Virus record (IMG/VR): IMGVR_UViG_3300045988_151777
Span: 1 to 44,073 of that record
Source: a virus
DNA: 44,073 nt
Reading direction: 5' to 3' (one strand)
Positions 1 through 7,578 of this stretch are shown here, one piece after another (the stretch's first letter is position 1; each line of letters begins with the position of its first letter). The position numbers were made by a program, and so were the translations under genes. Under the pieces are notes generated by a model, which had not been told where the DNA came from, did not search any database, and saw only the letters and a program-made list of their open reading frames with translations.

Positions 1-119
1 CAGAAAGACGCTACTTCACTTCCGAAGACGGCGTCTGAGGTTGAGGCAGAGACTGAGCGTCTTGTGCGTAACGCTCAGGAATATCAGCAGACAGCCCGTC
101 GCGTTTTGAAAGAAGTTCG
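1..119. repeat. Terminal overlap copy 1 (identical to 43955-44073)
   Basis: Direct comparison of the first and last 119 nt. The repeat lies inside an ORF that reads through the junction. Confidence 0.95.
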
Positions 120-336
120 CAAAGACGAAGAAGCAATCGCGATCGATCAGGAAGCCGCCTGCCACAGCATCTACACCTTGACGACCGAGCTCTCGCACTT
201 GGCCTCAACGCACGAAGAAGGCCGCAGCATCCCCGAGGACGCAAACAAAGCCGTCGGCATCCTCGGAGAGCTGATTGAAAACGTGAAGACGCTCTACAGG
301 ATCACAGCCGGTGATTCTTCACAGCAAACCAAATGA
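1..336 (+). CDS. 3' part of a junction-spanning 174-aa hypothetical early protein (starts at 43766)
   Basis: The frame of ORF 64..336 is continuous with ATG 43766 once the 119-nt overlap is collapsed. Stop is TGA at 334-336. Confidence 0.7.
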   Translation, partial: QKDATSLPKTASEVEAETERLVRNAQEYQQTARRVLKEVRKDEEAIAIDQEAACHSIYTLTTELSHLASTHEEGRSIPEDANKAVGILGELIENVKTLYRITAGDSSQQTK

Positions 337-349
337 CGAGGAGTAAGCC

Positions 350-487
350 ATGACGCTCGATTATGTTTTCCGGATGGGCCTTCTGGCCGACATTGCCGAA
401 CGGCGCTTTCAATCTCAGGCGTCTGTGGCTGCCGTCATTGCGGTCCTTTCCTTTGTCGCTTTCTTCATCAAATGGGTGCTGGCATGA
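350..487 (+). CDS. Small membrane protein (45 aa, MTLDYVFRMG...VAFFIKWVLA)
   Basis: ATG 350 is preceded by GAGGAG (339-344). Hand-counted GC3 is about 64 percent. It has a hydrophobic C-terminal helix. It falls below the ORF-track size cut-off, and the track ORF 363..584 is off-frame. Confidence 0.5.
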   Translation: MTLDYVFRMGLLADIAERRFQSQASVAAVIAVLSFVAFFIKWVLA

Positions 488-567
488 AGCAGTTCATCGA
501 AAATGTCCTGGCGGCCGCCGCACTCATCCTCACGATGCTCGTGCTGCTTTCCCTTCCCGGCTACTAG
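484..567 (+). CDS. Small membrane peptide (27 aa, MKQFIENVLAAAALILTMLVLLSLPGY)
   Basis: ATGA start/stop overlap with the preceding small ORF. GC3 is about 85 percent. It has a single hydrophobic helix. Confidence 0.45.
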   Translation: MKQFIENVLAAAALILTMLVLLSLPGY

Positions 568-609
568 AAGAAACGAGAAGGTGAGCGCCCTGCCTTACCG
601 GAGAAAGAA

Positions 610-849
610 ATGATTGATCTCAGCAAACACAACGAAGATTTGATCCGAGACGCCAACACCTGGAAGCCGCTCAACGTCTACCCGCTTGAACGCGTGATGG
701 TGTTCGAGAGCGGCAGCCAAAGCTACTTCGTCTACACCGAGCTGCATACCGTTTCAGTGAGCGACGCAAGCCGCAGAGAAGTATCGAACTCCTACGCCTT
801 AACAGAAGACGAGTTCTCCCGCCTGATTGGCGAACTCAACCTCGACTAG
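610..849 (+). CDS. Hypothetical protein (79 aa)
   Basis: ORF with GGAGAAAGAA immediately upstream of the ATG. Confidence 0.7.
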   Translation: MIDLSKHNEDLIRDANTWKPLNVYPLERVMVFESGSQSYFVYTELHTVSVSDASRREVSNSYALTEDEFSRLIGELNLD

Positions 850-857
850 GAGGCTAC

Positions 858-1013
858 ATGAACGAAGACGACAAGGACCTCGACGACGAAGAGCTCGAGG
901 ACGAAGAAGAGGAAGAAGAGCCGGAAGAGGACGATGGCGACGATGGCTTTGAAGATGACGGCTGGATCAATGCCGGCGACTTCTACCACTGGGACCCGTT
1001 TAAAGGGCAGTAG
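858..1013 (+). CDS. Hyper-acidic 51-aa protein (27 D/E, 2 K), possible DNA mimic or nuclease inhibitor
   Basis: ATG 858 is preceded by TAGGAGG. Sequence is MNEDDKDLDDEELEDEEEEEEPEEDDGDDGFEDDGWINAGDFYHWDPFKGQ. It lies directly upstream of the exonuclease/annealase pair. It is not in the ORF track because it is under 60 aa. Confidence 0.6.
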   Translation: MNEDDKDLDDEELEDEEEEEEPEEDDGDDGFEDDGWINAGDFYHWDPFKGQ

Positions 1014-1016
1014 AAA

Positions 1017-1931
1017 ATGACAGCAGTACAGATCTCTCACGAACAATGGCTCAACGCCCGACAGACCGGAATCGGCGGCAGCGATGTCGCCCCCATTCTT
1101 GGTATTTCCAAATGGACAACGCCGCTGGACGTATACAACGAGAAGGTAGCCGACACCCCGACGGAAAAAGACAGCGATTCAATGGAATGGGGCCGCCGCC
1201 TGGAACCTGTTATCCGCCAGGCCTATGCAGACAAGACGGGACGCGTCGTGGCCGTGCCGGAAAAACAGTTCCGTAGCGACGCTCATCCCTTCATGATCGC
1301 CAATGTAGACGGTGTTTGCGAAGACCGTCTGTTGGAAATCAAGACCGCTCGATCCGGGGCTGACTGGGGAGAAGAAGGCACGAACGGAATCCCCGACTAT
1401 TACCTGACGCAGGTCATGCACTACATGATCGTCACAGGCTACCGGCTTTGCGACGTGGCAGTGCTCATCGGCGCTTCCGACTTTCGCATTTACACAGTCG
1501 AGTACGACGACGAACTTGCTCAGATGTTGATCGAAGCCGAAGCAAAGTTCTGGAAGATGGTCGAGAACCGGACGCCACCGGCTCCTCGTTCGCTTGCAGA
1601 AACGAAGGCCGCTTTCCCCGCCTCCATTACTTCGAGCATTGAGGCCGATAACAAGATAGCCGAGACTATGGCCGAACTCGCCAAGGTACGGAACGAAATC
1701 AAACAGCTGAAGGACACAGACGACAAATTGACCGCAGTCGTTCAGGCCTTCATGGGCGAAAGCGAAAAGCTGACTTTCGGAGGCTCAACCCTTGCCACAT
1801 GGAAGAGCAGCAAACCAGTAGCCCGACTTGATTCGGCTGCACTCAAAAAAGCCATGCCGGACATCTACGACCAATACACGAAACAAAGCGCGCCGACACG
1901 CCGCTTCATCGTAAAAATTACTGAGGAGTAA
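1017..1931 (+). CDS. YqaJ-type (lambda Exo-like, PD-(D/E)XK) recombination exonuclease
   Basis: N-terminal GIGGSDVAPILGISKWTTPLDVY motif typical of YqaJ viral recombinases. It is followed by an annealing-protein gene. Confidence 0.8.
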   Translation: MTAVQISHEQWLNARQTGIGGSDVAPILGISKWTTPLDVYNEKVADTPTEKDSDSMEWGRRLEPVIRQAYADKTGRVVAVPEKQFRSDAHPFMIANVDGVCEDRLLEIKTARSGADWGEEGTNGIPDYYLTQVMHYMIVTGYRLCDVAVLIGASDFRIYTVEYDDELAQMLIEAEAKFWKMVENRTPPAPRSLAETKAAFPASITSSIEADNKIAETMAELAKVRNEIKQLKDTDDKLTAVVQAFMGESEKLTFGGSTLATWKSSKPVARLDSAALKKAMPDIYDQYTKQSAPTRRFIVKITEE

Positions 1932-1937
1932 ATCATA

Positions 1938-2867
1938 ATGACAACCGAAATCACCGTAAACCCCTTCGCCACCCCCGCCCCTGTCGCCAGCCGCGGATCC
2001 GCCCCGGCTACAGCAGCCGTTGAGAGTTCTCGCGCCGTGGCTGAAGTGCAGGCCGCTTTGGCTATCGCCCGCATGAATCCGCGAGATCAACGCGCCGCGA
2101 TGGACCGAATCTTGAACGCCTGCACGCGGCAAACACTCGCTCAGGCCGCCGTTTATTCCTACGCTCGTGGAGGAAGCGAAGTTACAGGTCCGTCGATTCG
2201 CCTCGCCGAAGCCGTCGCACAGCAGTGGGGCAATATGCAGTTTGGCATTCGTGAACTTTCAAACGCCGGGGGAAAGTCTGAAGTTCAGGCGTTCGCCTGG
2301 GACGTAGAAACAAACACCCGACGCGAAGTGACGTTCTCTGTTCCTCACATTCGTCACACGAAGAGAGGCTCCTACAAGCTCGAAGACCCGCGCGACATCT
2401 ATGAGCTTATTGCCAATCAGGGTAGCCGCCGCCTTCGCGCCTGCATTTTGGCCGTGATCCCCGGGGACGTGATTGAGGCGGCTGTGTCGCAGTGCCAGAT
2501 AACGCTTCGCGCCAACGTAGACGTAACGCCGGAAGGCATCAAGAAACTCATTGATGCTTTCTCTCAGTTCGGCGTCACCAAAGCGCAGATCGAGAAGTTC
2601 TGCCAGTGCCACGTAGAAGCCATCCGGCCGGCTCAAATCGTACGGCTTCGCACGATCTACACCAGCCTGAAGGACGGTATGGCCGAGCCAGCGGACTTCT
2701 TCGAGCCGGAGTCCGCCCCTGCCGCTCCAGCCATTGAAAAGCCCGCCGAGAAACAGACGCTGAAAGAAAGACTCAAGGCACAGAAGGTTGCTGAAACGAC
2801 GGAGATTGCCGACGCTGATACGCCGGATGCCGGAGCGGAACCCGCTCCCGTCGCCGAACCTGCCTAA
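1938..2867 (+). CDS. Single-strand annealing protein (RecT/Redbeta-superfamily-like; exact family unresolved)
   Basis: Position immediately after the YqaJ exonuclease, plus size and an acidic C-terminal tail. The family was not confirmed by search. Confidence 0.6.
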   Translation: MTTEITVNPFATPAPVASRGSAPATAAVESSRAVAEVQAALAIARMNPRDQRAAMDRILNACTRQTLAQAAVYSYARGGSEVTGPSIRLAEAVAQQWGNMQFGIRELSNAGGKSEVQAFAWDVETNTRREVTFSVPHIRHTKRGSYKLEDPRDIYELIANQGSRRLRACILAVIPGDVIEAAVSQCQITLRANVDVTPEGIKKLIDAFSQFGVTKAQIEKFCQCHVEAIRPAQIVRLRTIYTSLKDGMAEPADFFEPESAPAAPAIEKPAEKQTLKERLKAQKVAETTEIADADTPDAGAEPAPVAEPA

Positions 2868-2915
2868 GAGCTGAAGTGGCGGGGTGCCGCAGTGTGGATT
2901 GTTGGAGGAGTGAAG

Positions 2916-3131
2916 ATGATGCAGACCGTTTGGTACACAGTTAAAGAAGTCGCTGAGATGTTCCGAGTCTGCGAACAGACCGTGCGCAATTGGATCAAAG
3001 GAATCTTTTACGACAAGGGTAAAGCCCGCGCGTACAAAAGCGACATTCGCCTGAAGGCGACAAAGTTTGGGAAAGGCTTTCGCATTGCCGCACCTGACCT
3101 TGAGCGATTCCGGAGAGATCTCGGATGTTGA
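2916..3131 (+). CDS. Excisionase/MerR-type HTH DNA-binding protein (71 aa)
   Basis: GGAGGAG lies 5 nt upstream of ATG 2916. YTVKEVAEMFRVCEQTVRNWIK is a typical Xis/HTH_17-like helix-turn-helix. Confidence 0.6.
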   Translation: MMQTVWYTVKEVAEMFRVCEQTVRNWIKGIFYDKGKARAYKSDIRLKATKFGKGFRIAAPDLERFRRDLGC

Positions 3132-3157
3132 CAAACGCACAGGAATCCGCGCATAAT
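3128..3157 (+). promoter_or_regulatory. Sigma70-like promoter (TTGACA, 18-nt spacer, CATAAT)
   Basis: -35 TTGACA at 3128-3133 and -10 CATAAT at 3152-3157. It overlaps the 3' end of the HTH gene. Confidence 0.55.
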
Positions 3158-3161
3158 GCCC

Positions 3162-3361
3162 GTGCCTCGTCTACCAAGAGGCACCGGATTGGCGTCCGGA
3201 AATCAACGGCCCAAGAAGCCGCCTTTCCTATCGATTGCGCGGATTTTTTGTGCGTAGCAGTCTTCCTTGACGGGCAGACTGTATGGGGCATGCTTGCATG
3301 CGCCGGTTCCGTTGATCCGGTACGCCAACCCGTACAGTCTGCCCACCCCGATTGGCGTCGG
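3162..3361 (+). other. Highly structured untranslated region (candidate leader RNA, sRNA or protein-binding locus)
   Basis: Hairpin 3162-3184 (7-bp stem). 16-bp interrupted stem 3272-3287 pairing with 3329-3344. Two related mini-hairpins share the loop TTGGCG (3185-3199 and 3348-3361). No credible ORF is present. Confidence 0.4.
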
Positions 3362-3400
3362 AGTGCGCAGGTTTTAAAACCTATCAACGGAGGACACGCT

Positions 3401-3676
3401 ATGCAAGCGTTCCAAAATGCTGCTCAACCGCAGCCGTCAACATTCAATCTCCCGTTCGCCATCACGGCGCTCATCAAACACAAGCTGACCTCCGGCGAAG
3501 CAAGGGACTACGCGATTATGTCGTGTTCCGAAGCCAAGAACATCCTCATCGCCGCAGCCGACTCAGCCGAAAGCGATAGCCAGATGCTTTCCACCGCCGG
3601 GCTTCTCAGCGTCATCAAATCCGCCGCATCGATACTCGAATGCGCCGAACTCCTCGTAAACGAGACGGAGAAATGA
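3401..3676 (+). CDS. Hypothetical protein (91 aa)
   Basis: ATG 3401 is preceded by GGAGGA. The longer track ORF from 3125 has a junk-like N-terminal extension. Confidence 0.65.
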   Translation: MQAFQNAAQPQPSTFNLPFAITALIKHKLTSGEARDYAIMSCSEAKNILIAAADSAESDSQMLSTAGLLSVIKSAASILECAELLVNETEK

Positions 3677-4446
3677 AAATGACACAAGAACTTATTCCCC
3701 TCACCATTTCCGCTATCGGTAACGAAGAACAAAAGACCGTGAACGCCCGAGACCTTCACGCGTTCCTCGAAGTGAAAACCCGTTTTAACGATTGGATCGA
3801 GCGTCGTATCGCTGACTTCGGTTTTGTGGAAAGCGTTGATTTTGTGTCGGTTACTCAAAAAAGAGTAACCGGCGGAACCCAAACCGATTACTTCCTTTCC
3901 CTCTCTATGGCGAAAGAAATCGCCATGGTTGAACGGAACGCGAAAGGCAAGCAAGCCCGTCTATATTTCATCGAATGCGAGAAAATCGCCAAGGCGAAGT
4001 CCCTCCCGACTCAGTTCCAAATTCCCCAGACGATGCAAGAAGCCTTGCGTTTAGCCGCCGATCAAATGGACAAGAACGCCGCGCTTCAGAAACAGATCGA
4101 AGCGGACGCGCCAAAAGTCTCGGCTTACGACGATCTCGTAGACGACACGGGGCTTTTCACCGCCACCGCCGTCGCGAAAATTCTGCATATGAAACGTTGC
4201 GACCTGTTTACTTGGTTAAAGCGCAATCAGGTTGCTTATCAGCAAGGGAAAGATTGGCTTCCTTATTCCACGTGGGAAAAGAAACAATGGGCCGTTGTGA
4301 AGATCAGAGAGTTGGACAACAAGAAAACCGGTGAACCTATCACCAGCCGACGCCTTCGCTTCACTGCCGCCGGAATCTTTCAGATGCACAAAATGATGCA
4401 GGCGCAGAAAATCAACGTGCCCGAACAGCTTGACCTCGACATTTAA
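3673..4446 (+). CDS. Antirepressor (AntA N-terminal domain plus KilAC/ANT C-terminal domain)
   Basis: ARDLHAFLEVKTRFNDWI...MAKEIAMVERNAKGKQARLYFIECEK matches AntA-type domains. The C-terminal half resembles KilAC. ATGA overlap with the upstream ORF. Confidence 0.75.
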   Translation: MKMTQELIPLTISAIGNEEQKTVNARDLHAFLEVKTRFNDWIERRIADFGFVESVDFVSVTQKRVTGGTQTDYFLSLSMAKEIAMVERNAKGKQARLYFIECEKIAKAKSLPTQFQIPQTMQEALRLAADQMDKNAALQKQIEADAPKVSAYDDLVDDTGLFTATAVAKILHMKRCDLFTWLKRNQVAYQQGKDWLPYSTWEKKQWAVVKIRELDNKKTGEPITSRRLRFTAAGIFQMHKMMQAQKINVPEQLDLDI

Positions 4447-4505
4447 AAGGAGCCACAAATGAAACAGATCGATCTCCCCCTATCTACAAGGCCGCCGCGA
4501 AGGTT

Positions 4506-4691
4506 ATGGCAGAAAACAGTATCGAAGAAATCCGCCTCCGCCTTCTAAAAGATGATGATGGCCCGTACGCCATCGACTTCGAGATCAACGGCACGGGCTA
4601 TATGTCCAACTTCGAGGAATACATCCCCACCATCAAGGCCGTTGAGTCCGGCATGATGAAGTTAGTCATCAGCTGCCCTGACAACGCCTAA
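4506..4691 (+). CDS. Hypothetical protein (61 aa as called; probably begins at ATG 4459 in another frame)
   Basis: The ORF is in the track. A strong SD (AAGGAG) serves ATG 4459, which is out of frame by one base at the C5 run 4476-4480. Confidence 0.6.
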   Translation: MAENSIEEIRLRLLKDDDGPYAIDFEINGTGYMSNFEEYIPTIKAVESGMMKLVISCPDNA

Positions 4692-4713
4692 GCATCTTCG
4701 CGGCGTCACGCAA

Positions 4714-4753
4714 ATGGTCCCCGCCAACCGAAAGCTGACGGGGATCATTTTTT
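4714..4753. terminator. Rho-independent terminator between convergent genes
   Basis: 10-bp stem (4714-4723 pairing with 4739-4748) followed by TTTTT. It sits between the + operon end (4691) and the end of the - gene (4752). Confidence 0.7.
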
Positions 4754-5369
4754 AGTCAAATAAAGATCTAGATTTATAGAATCGCGCACTTTTACTCTTG
4801 CAATTGTTTACTACGGTTGCAACACGATTGTCCCGTTCTGCCGAATCTTCTATCTCCATCTGAGTAATAAGACCTCCGTAAAAACTGTCTGACTTTGCTT
4901 GCTCTTTATCTAACAATCCATTTTCTACCAAACAATCAAAATAAATCGCGCTTGCCTTGTCTTCTATCACATGGTTATATTTTTGAACTCCTAATATTAA
5001 AAAAAATACCAATAGGATAGAAAGAACGATAAACACTACGTCTCTTCGAAACACCCGTGACGACAAGAGCCTAATTGTTGCGCTACCGCCCGCTACGACT
5101 CTGTCTTTCACGGTCAGGGCAGAGAAAACAACCGGCCGGCCGGCAATATGGATCATCACCTGTTTTGCTGCCGGCTCAAACCGAGAAAACAAAACGGCAT
5201 CAATTACCCCGTTATATCCTTTCGAGCGACATAGCACCTCAAGTTTGGCCTTTGCTACATCTACATCTAAATCTGCAATGTCTATCAGATTTTCAGTTTT
5301 AATCTCTATCAGGCCAGGATAATCAGTGTCACCTTTTAGTTTTAAAGTAAAAGTTTTCAACTGTCTCAT
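4752..5369 (-). CDS. Single-pass membrane protein of unknown function (205 aa), integrase-coupled cargo
   Basis: AT-richer than its surroundings. TM helix VVFIVLSILLVFFLILGV. The start overlaps the integrase stop (ATGA). Confidence 0.7.
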   Translation of the reverse strand: MRQLKTFTLKLKGDTDYPGLIEIKTENLIDIADLDVDVAKAKLEVLCRSKGYNGVIDAVLFSRFEPAAKQVMIHIAGRPVVFSALTVKDRVVAGGSATIRLLSSRVFRRDVVFIVLSILLVFFLILGVQKYNHVIEDKASAIYFDCLVENGLLDKEQAKSDSFYGGLITQMEIEDSAERDNRVATVVNNCKSKSARFYKSRSLFD

Positions 5370-6661
5370 ACAGTTTCCTTCACCTTACTGAAACAGTAAT
5401 CCGCCCACGCCTGCATCAGCTCACGCCGCCGGCGCAGGTACTTATTCCGGTTGTAAGCGCCGTTGTATTTCTTGTCGATCTTGTGGTGCAGCGCCTGTTC
5501 CACCACCAGCGAATCAAAACGCTGATCGTTGTCGTATTCGTCCGATAGTGCCCAGGTGCAGAACGTCCCGCGAGCAGTGCCATGCTGGGTGGGGATAATC
5601 GGATCATCTTTTTTGCCGCGCTCTTTTGTCTGGGCTTTGTCGATCCATATTGGCAACCCTGCAGCCTTTCGGGCTTTATTCGCATCCTTAATTAATGTCG
5701 AGAATATTGACTGGCAGTAATGATTGCCTTTTTCACCCACAAATACCCAACCTTCTTTTTTTATACCAACGCTTTTTAAAATATCAATTGCCCGATCTGA
5801 TAACGGAACAATAAGAGCGCCATTAGATTTTATTTTTAGATCGATGCGCTTAACCCACCATACTTTCTCGTTAAGATCAATGTCTTCCCATTTAGCAAGC
5901 CGCGCCGTCTTTGAACGGGTAGCGGTCAAAATTGAGAATAAAAAGAGTTTTGCACTATCGTTCGGATTCTCGGTTAATTCCTTGATAAAGTCAGGCAAGT
6001 CCTCTGCGTTTACCGCGCCATAATTTTCAGTCTCAATATCGTTCTTTCCCAAGAGGTGCTTTAATGGACCGTTCTTATCGGCCGGGTTAATCCATCGATC
6101 GGTCTCTTCGGCATAAATCCAATCGAAGGTATCTTTGATTGAGCGAAGGCATCGGTTAAAGACAATGGGCTTATCGAGTAGGTTTTTCTGAAGCTGTACC
6201 ATATCCTTCGGGACAATCTGATCGATCTTCATATCACCCAACACAGGGAACACGTGGTTTTTCCAGTTAGACGTAAAGTCCCGATCAGTACCAGTGCCCT
6301 CCGTCCAGTCCCCAACTTCGAGTTTATGTGCTCTATATAGAAGAGCGGCTTCTTTGAACGTCGGGATCTTGGACGCCTTCTCCTGCTGCTTCGCCTCCTC
6401 TTTGGCCGCGGCCTTCTCCTCAAGATGCTTCAAGAAATCGTCTGCGGAGAGTGCCCGAAGTTTTGAGGCTTCCCGCCGGGCAGTGGCTAAATCCATTGTC
6501 GCACCGCCCATGCCGAGTTCAATGCGCTTGCCGGCAATCTGTCGCCGGAAGACCCATGAGCGATACTCACCGCGGACACGGTAATAAAGGCCGACTACCG
6601 ACCCGTCGTTATGGAGACCATCGGGAAGAGAAGCGAGTTTTGCTTGTGTGAGACGCGCCAT
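5366..6661 (-). CDS. int: Tyrosine integrase, P4-type (DUF4102-like arm-binding N-terminus)
   Basis: The N-terminus LTQAKLASLPDGLHNDGSVVGLYYRVR is typical of P4-like integrases. The C-terminus carries HGTARGTF, LHH and a tyrosine-containing segment. AGGAGG lies 8 nt before ATG 6661, and the track start 6715 is less likely. Confidence 0.85.
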   Translation of the reverse strand: MARLTQAKLASLPDGLHNDGSVVGLYYRVRGEYRSWVFRRQIAGKRIELGMGGATMDLATARREASKLRALSADDFLKHLEEKAAAKEEAKQQEKASKIPTFKEAALLYRAHKLEVGDWTEGTGTDRDFTSNWKNHVFPVLGDMKIDQIVPKDMVQLQKNLLDKPIVFNRCLRSIKDTFDWIYAEETDRWINPADKNGPLKHLLGKNDIETENYGAVNAEDLPDFIKELTENPNDSAKLFLFSILTATRSKTARLAKWEDIDLNEKVWWVKRIDLKIKSNGALIVPLSDRAIDILKSVGIKKEGWVFVGEKGNHYCQSIFSTLIKDANKARKAAGLPIWIDKAQTKERGKKDDPIIPTQHGTARGTFCTWALSDEYDNDQRFDSLVVEQALHHKIDKKYNGAYNRNKYLRRRRELMQAWADYCFSKVKETV

Positions 6662-7054
6662 AAAGTAGACCTCCTGGGAGGTGGTGGTAAGAAGTTCTGC
6701 CACCAGTTTTTCCACCAGCCTTACTTTACAACGAAATGAACTACCTTACACTACCTTAAAGTGACGAGTAGAAATTGACAAGGCCTTGCGCCTGATTTTG
6801 AACGAAAAACTTATACTACCTTGCACCACCTTAAACTACCTGCGCACAATAAGAATGCGTTTTTACGGGACGTTTAACAACCAATAATTGCAAGGCTTGC
6901 AGGTCGTTGTTTAATTTTTCCACCAGTATTTCCACCAGTATTCATAGGAAATTGATAGAATCCATTCAGATGTCCCGAGCGCCTTCGAGCGCCTGAGACA
7001 CGGAACCCCGAGCGCCGCAAGGTACCCGGGGTTCAATTCTGCCCGAAGGCAGCG
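6662..7054. promoter_or_regulatory. attP-like region with arm-type repeats and hairpins
   Basis: 20-nt direct repeats at 6741-6760 and 6816-6835 (CTACCTTRCACYACCTTAAA). TTCCACCAG repeats near 6700-6718. A perfect 12-bp tandem at 6918-6941. Hairpins at 6993-7024 and 7039-7052. No ORF. Confidence 0.55.
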
Positions 7055-7243
7055 TCAGGCTTCTTTGCAGACAGCTTTGATGGTTGCGATAGCGCACCAG
7101 GCTTTTTCAAGCACCCGCACGTCCTCGTCACTCAATCCGCCTCCATCACGGGCCTCATCGCACACCTTGTCGATCTTTTCGAGCAGGCAGTGCATGGATT
7201 GCTCCGCGCGGGCTTTCATAAGTTCCTTCGTTTCCATAATCAT
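7055..7243 (-). CDS. Hypothetical protein (62 aa)
   Basis: ORF overlapping the upstream gene by 4 nt. It is the last gene before the attP-like region. Confidence 0.6.
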   Translation of the reverse strand: MIMETKELMKARAEQSMHCLLEKIDKVCDEARDGGGLSDEDVRVLEKAWCAIATIKAVCKEA

Positions 7244-7575
7244 TCTCCATGCCGGTTCATGATTTCCTTCAGCGCGTCTAAGTCACTTCGATCAGGCTTG
7301 TAAGGCCCTATAGAGAACGGATGCGCTTCGAGATTCTTTGAGGCTTCGCCGTACAGCAGGTCCACATCGATGCGGTTTTGCTCATCCACCGCGCCCAAAG
7401 ATTTGAGCATCGGCAGGTAAGGTTCGATCATCGCCGGGGCCCGCTGTGCGACGAGCCCCGAGACGATGCCGACGGCGAAGGGCAGAGAACCGCCCTGCTT
7501 TTCTGCGGCCGGGATGAGGACTCGCTGAGCAAATTCCACAACCACTGCAGGCAAGTTTCCGATCGGCATTTTCAT
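7240..7575 (-). CDS. Hypothetical protein (111 aa)
   Basis: ORF tightly packed after 7579..8214. Confidence 0.65.
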   Translation of the reverse strand: MKMPIGNLPAVVVEFAQRVLIPAAEKQGGSLPFAVGIVSGLVAQRAPAMIEPYLPMLKSLGAVDEQNRIDVDLLYGEASKNLEAHPFSIGPYKPDRSDLDALKEIMNRHGE

Positions 7576-7578
7576 GGC

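Noticed and set aside
1-119. True direct terminal repeat, T7-style
   Set aside because: - The repeat is internal to an ORF.
- The genome carries integrase and lysogeny functions.
- An assembler overlap of a circular sequence is the simpler explanation, though it is not excluded without read-start data.
363-584. 73-aa track ORF
   Set aside because: - It is off-frame relative to two small ORFs (350..487 and 484..567) that have an SD, an ATGA coupling and high GC3.
- Its own sequence is W/R/P/S-rich junk.
3125-3400. N-terminal 92 codons of track ORF 3125..3676, and antisense ORF 2995..3387
   Set aside because: - The extension is R/S/C-rich with no SD, whereas ATG 3401 has GGAGGA.
- The region is better explained as a promoter plus structured non-coding sequence.
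7018-7040. GGTTCAATTC, a tRNA T-loop-like string near the integrase that could be a tRNA-derived attP core
   Set aside because: - The flanking bases do not form a T-stem or acceptor stem on either strand.
- The string is the 3' arm of a simple 8-bp hairpin.
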